Origin: Deltaproteobacteria bacterium
GTDB taxonomy: Bacteria; Desulfobacterota; Desulfobacteria; Desulfobacterales; JAABPS01
Direction: 5' to 3'
DNA: 38,734 bases
Assembly: GCA_019309685.1 (NCBI GenBank)
Contig: JAFDFT010000002.1
Span: forward strand, 1-38,734
The notes under the pieces were generated by a model, which was not told the DNA's origin, made no database searches, and saw only the letters and a program-made list of their open reading frames with translations. Positions within the stretch are counted from its first letter, which is position 1. The number at the start of each line of letters is the position of its first letter. The position numbers were made by a program, and so were the translations under genes. Below, piece by piece: positions 38,191-38,734 of the stretch.

Positions 38191-38734
38191 TTATCCTTTT
38201 ATATACTTGTTTCTGTCTTCCATGAAATCTTTATACACCCGGTAGTAGTCCGTTTGTTCGTAGTCAATTTTTTTTACAGGGATATGATCAAAACTGTAAA
38301 TGATCGCTTCAGGACAGGCAAGAAGGATGGGAGAGTGTGTGGCGATAACAAATTGCAGATGTTCAGATTTCATTGCATTGGTTAATAGTTGAAGCAGTTC
38401 GATTTGACTCTTAGGCGATAGCGCTGTTTCCGGTTCATCGAGAAAGTAGATGCCTTTAATTTTATAGCGTGCCTTGAAAAAAGACATGAGTGATTCGCCA
38501 TGAGATTTGGTCATTAATGATTCTCCACCAAAGTATTTGAGCAAACCCGGATCACCGGCTGCCCATTCATCTAAAAGCTGAGCAAAATGCTGAAAAATAT
38601 GGGATCCAAAAAAGGAACCGGGAACAACGCCGTTAGACCATTGGACGGACATGCTCTGATACAGTCGATCTTCATAAGGGTTTAATGTGTAACGGACCCT
38701 TTCTTCACTTTTCCATATATGAACGCCGCACTGT
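38191..38734 (-). CDS. ABC/AAA-type ATPase of unknown function (COG3910-like), C-terminal part; gene continues beyond the right edge
   Basis: Signature/Walker B region HGESLMSFF...GIYFLDEPETALSP and H-loop VIATHSPILL. The frame stays open from the first Met of the track ORF (38652) to the window end, so the Walker A lies outside the window. Confidence 0.7.
   Translation of the reverse strand, partial: QCGVHIWKSEERVRYTLNPYEDRLYQSMSVQWSNGVVPGSFFGSHIFQHFAQLLDEWAAGDPGLLKYFGGESLMTKSHGESLMSFFKARYKIKGIYFLDEPETALSPKSQIELLQLLTNAMKSEHLQFVIATHSPILLACPEAIIYSFDHIPVKKIDYEQTDYYRVYKDFMEDRNKYIKG

Noticed and set aside
38056-38385. 109-aa + strand ORF
   Set aside because: It is antisense to the well-supported ATPase gene, has a low-complexity hydrophobic translation and has no SD.
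1-38734. CRISPR arrays, IS elements, rRNA genes
   Set aside because: There are no regularly spaced short direct repeats, no transposase-like ORF and no rRNA-like sequence. The only interspersed repeats are the four structured intergenic elements described above.

Overview
This 38.7-kb window is almost entirely + strand. The gene content and order look like a Desulfobacterota (deltaproteobacterial) chromosome, but that assignment is inferred from synteny only. Two housekeeping blocks flank a ~15-kb accessory block. The housekeeping blocks are (a) engB, era, infC-rpmI-rplT-pheS-pheT and a MerR-like gene, and (b) tRNA-Gly(CCC), rimP-nusA-infB-DUF503-rbfA-nrnA-truB-rpsO-pnp-M16 peptidase-dut and an MBL hydrolase. 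The accessory block (about 8.9-24.2 kb) starts with an NtrC-type sigma54 activator and a near-consensus -24/-12 promoter. Behind the promoter lies a chemosensory-like operon: a pseudo-receiver, a REC-PATAN(DUF4388)-TPR-zinc ribbon-TPR-REC protein, a CheY, a CheW, a CheA with two Hpt domains and a C-terminal REC, and two degenerate CheW-like proteins. It continues with a second M16 peptidase paralog, two tandem 51-aa genes, a PilJ-like Cache MCP, a standalone periplasmic Cache protein and two V4R/DUF2378-like proteins. No CheR, CheB, CheZ, CheC or CheD is present. The ORF track misses several features: the two tandem 51-aa paralogs (19358-19513 and 19600-19755, which show a purifying-selection signature), the ATA start of infC, a truncated MarR gene at the left edge, and the tRNA. 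A modular, hairpin-rich intergenic repeat family occurs four times, after engB, era, truB and dut. Some copies are flanked by direct repeats, one carries a nested three-way-junction module, and two track ORFs are artefacts of it. I consider the sigma54-linked, methylation-less chemosensory module with its embedded M16 peptidase and small-protein pair the best candidate for an undescribed system. All functional links there are inference.
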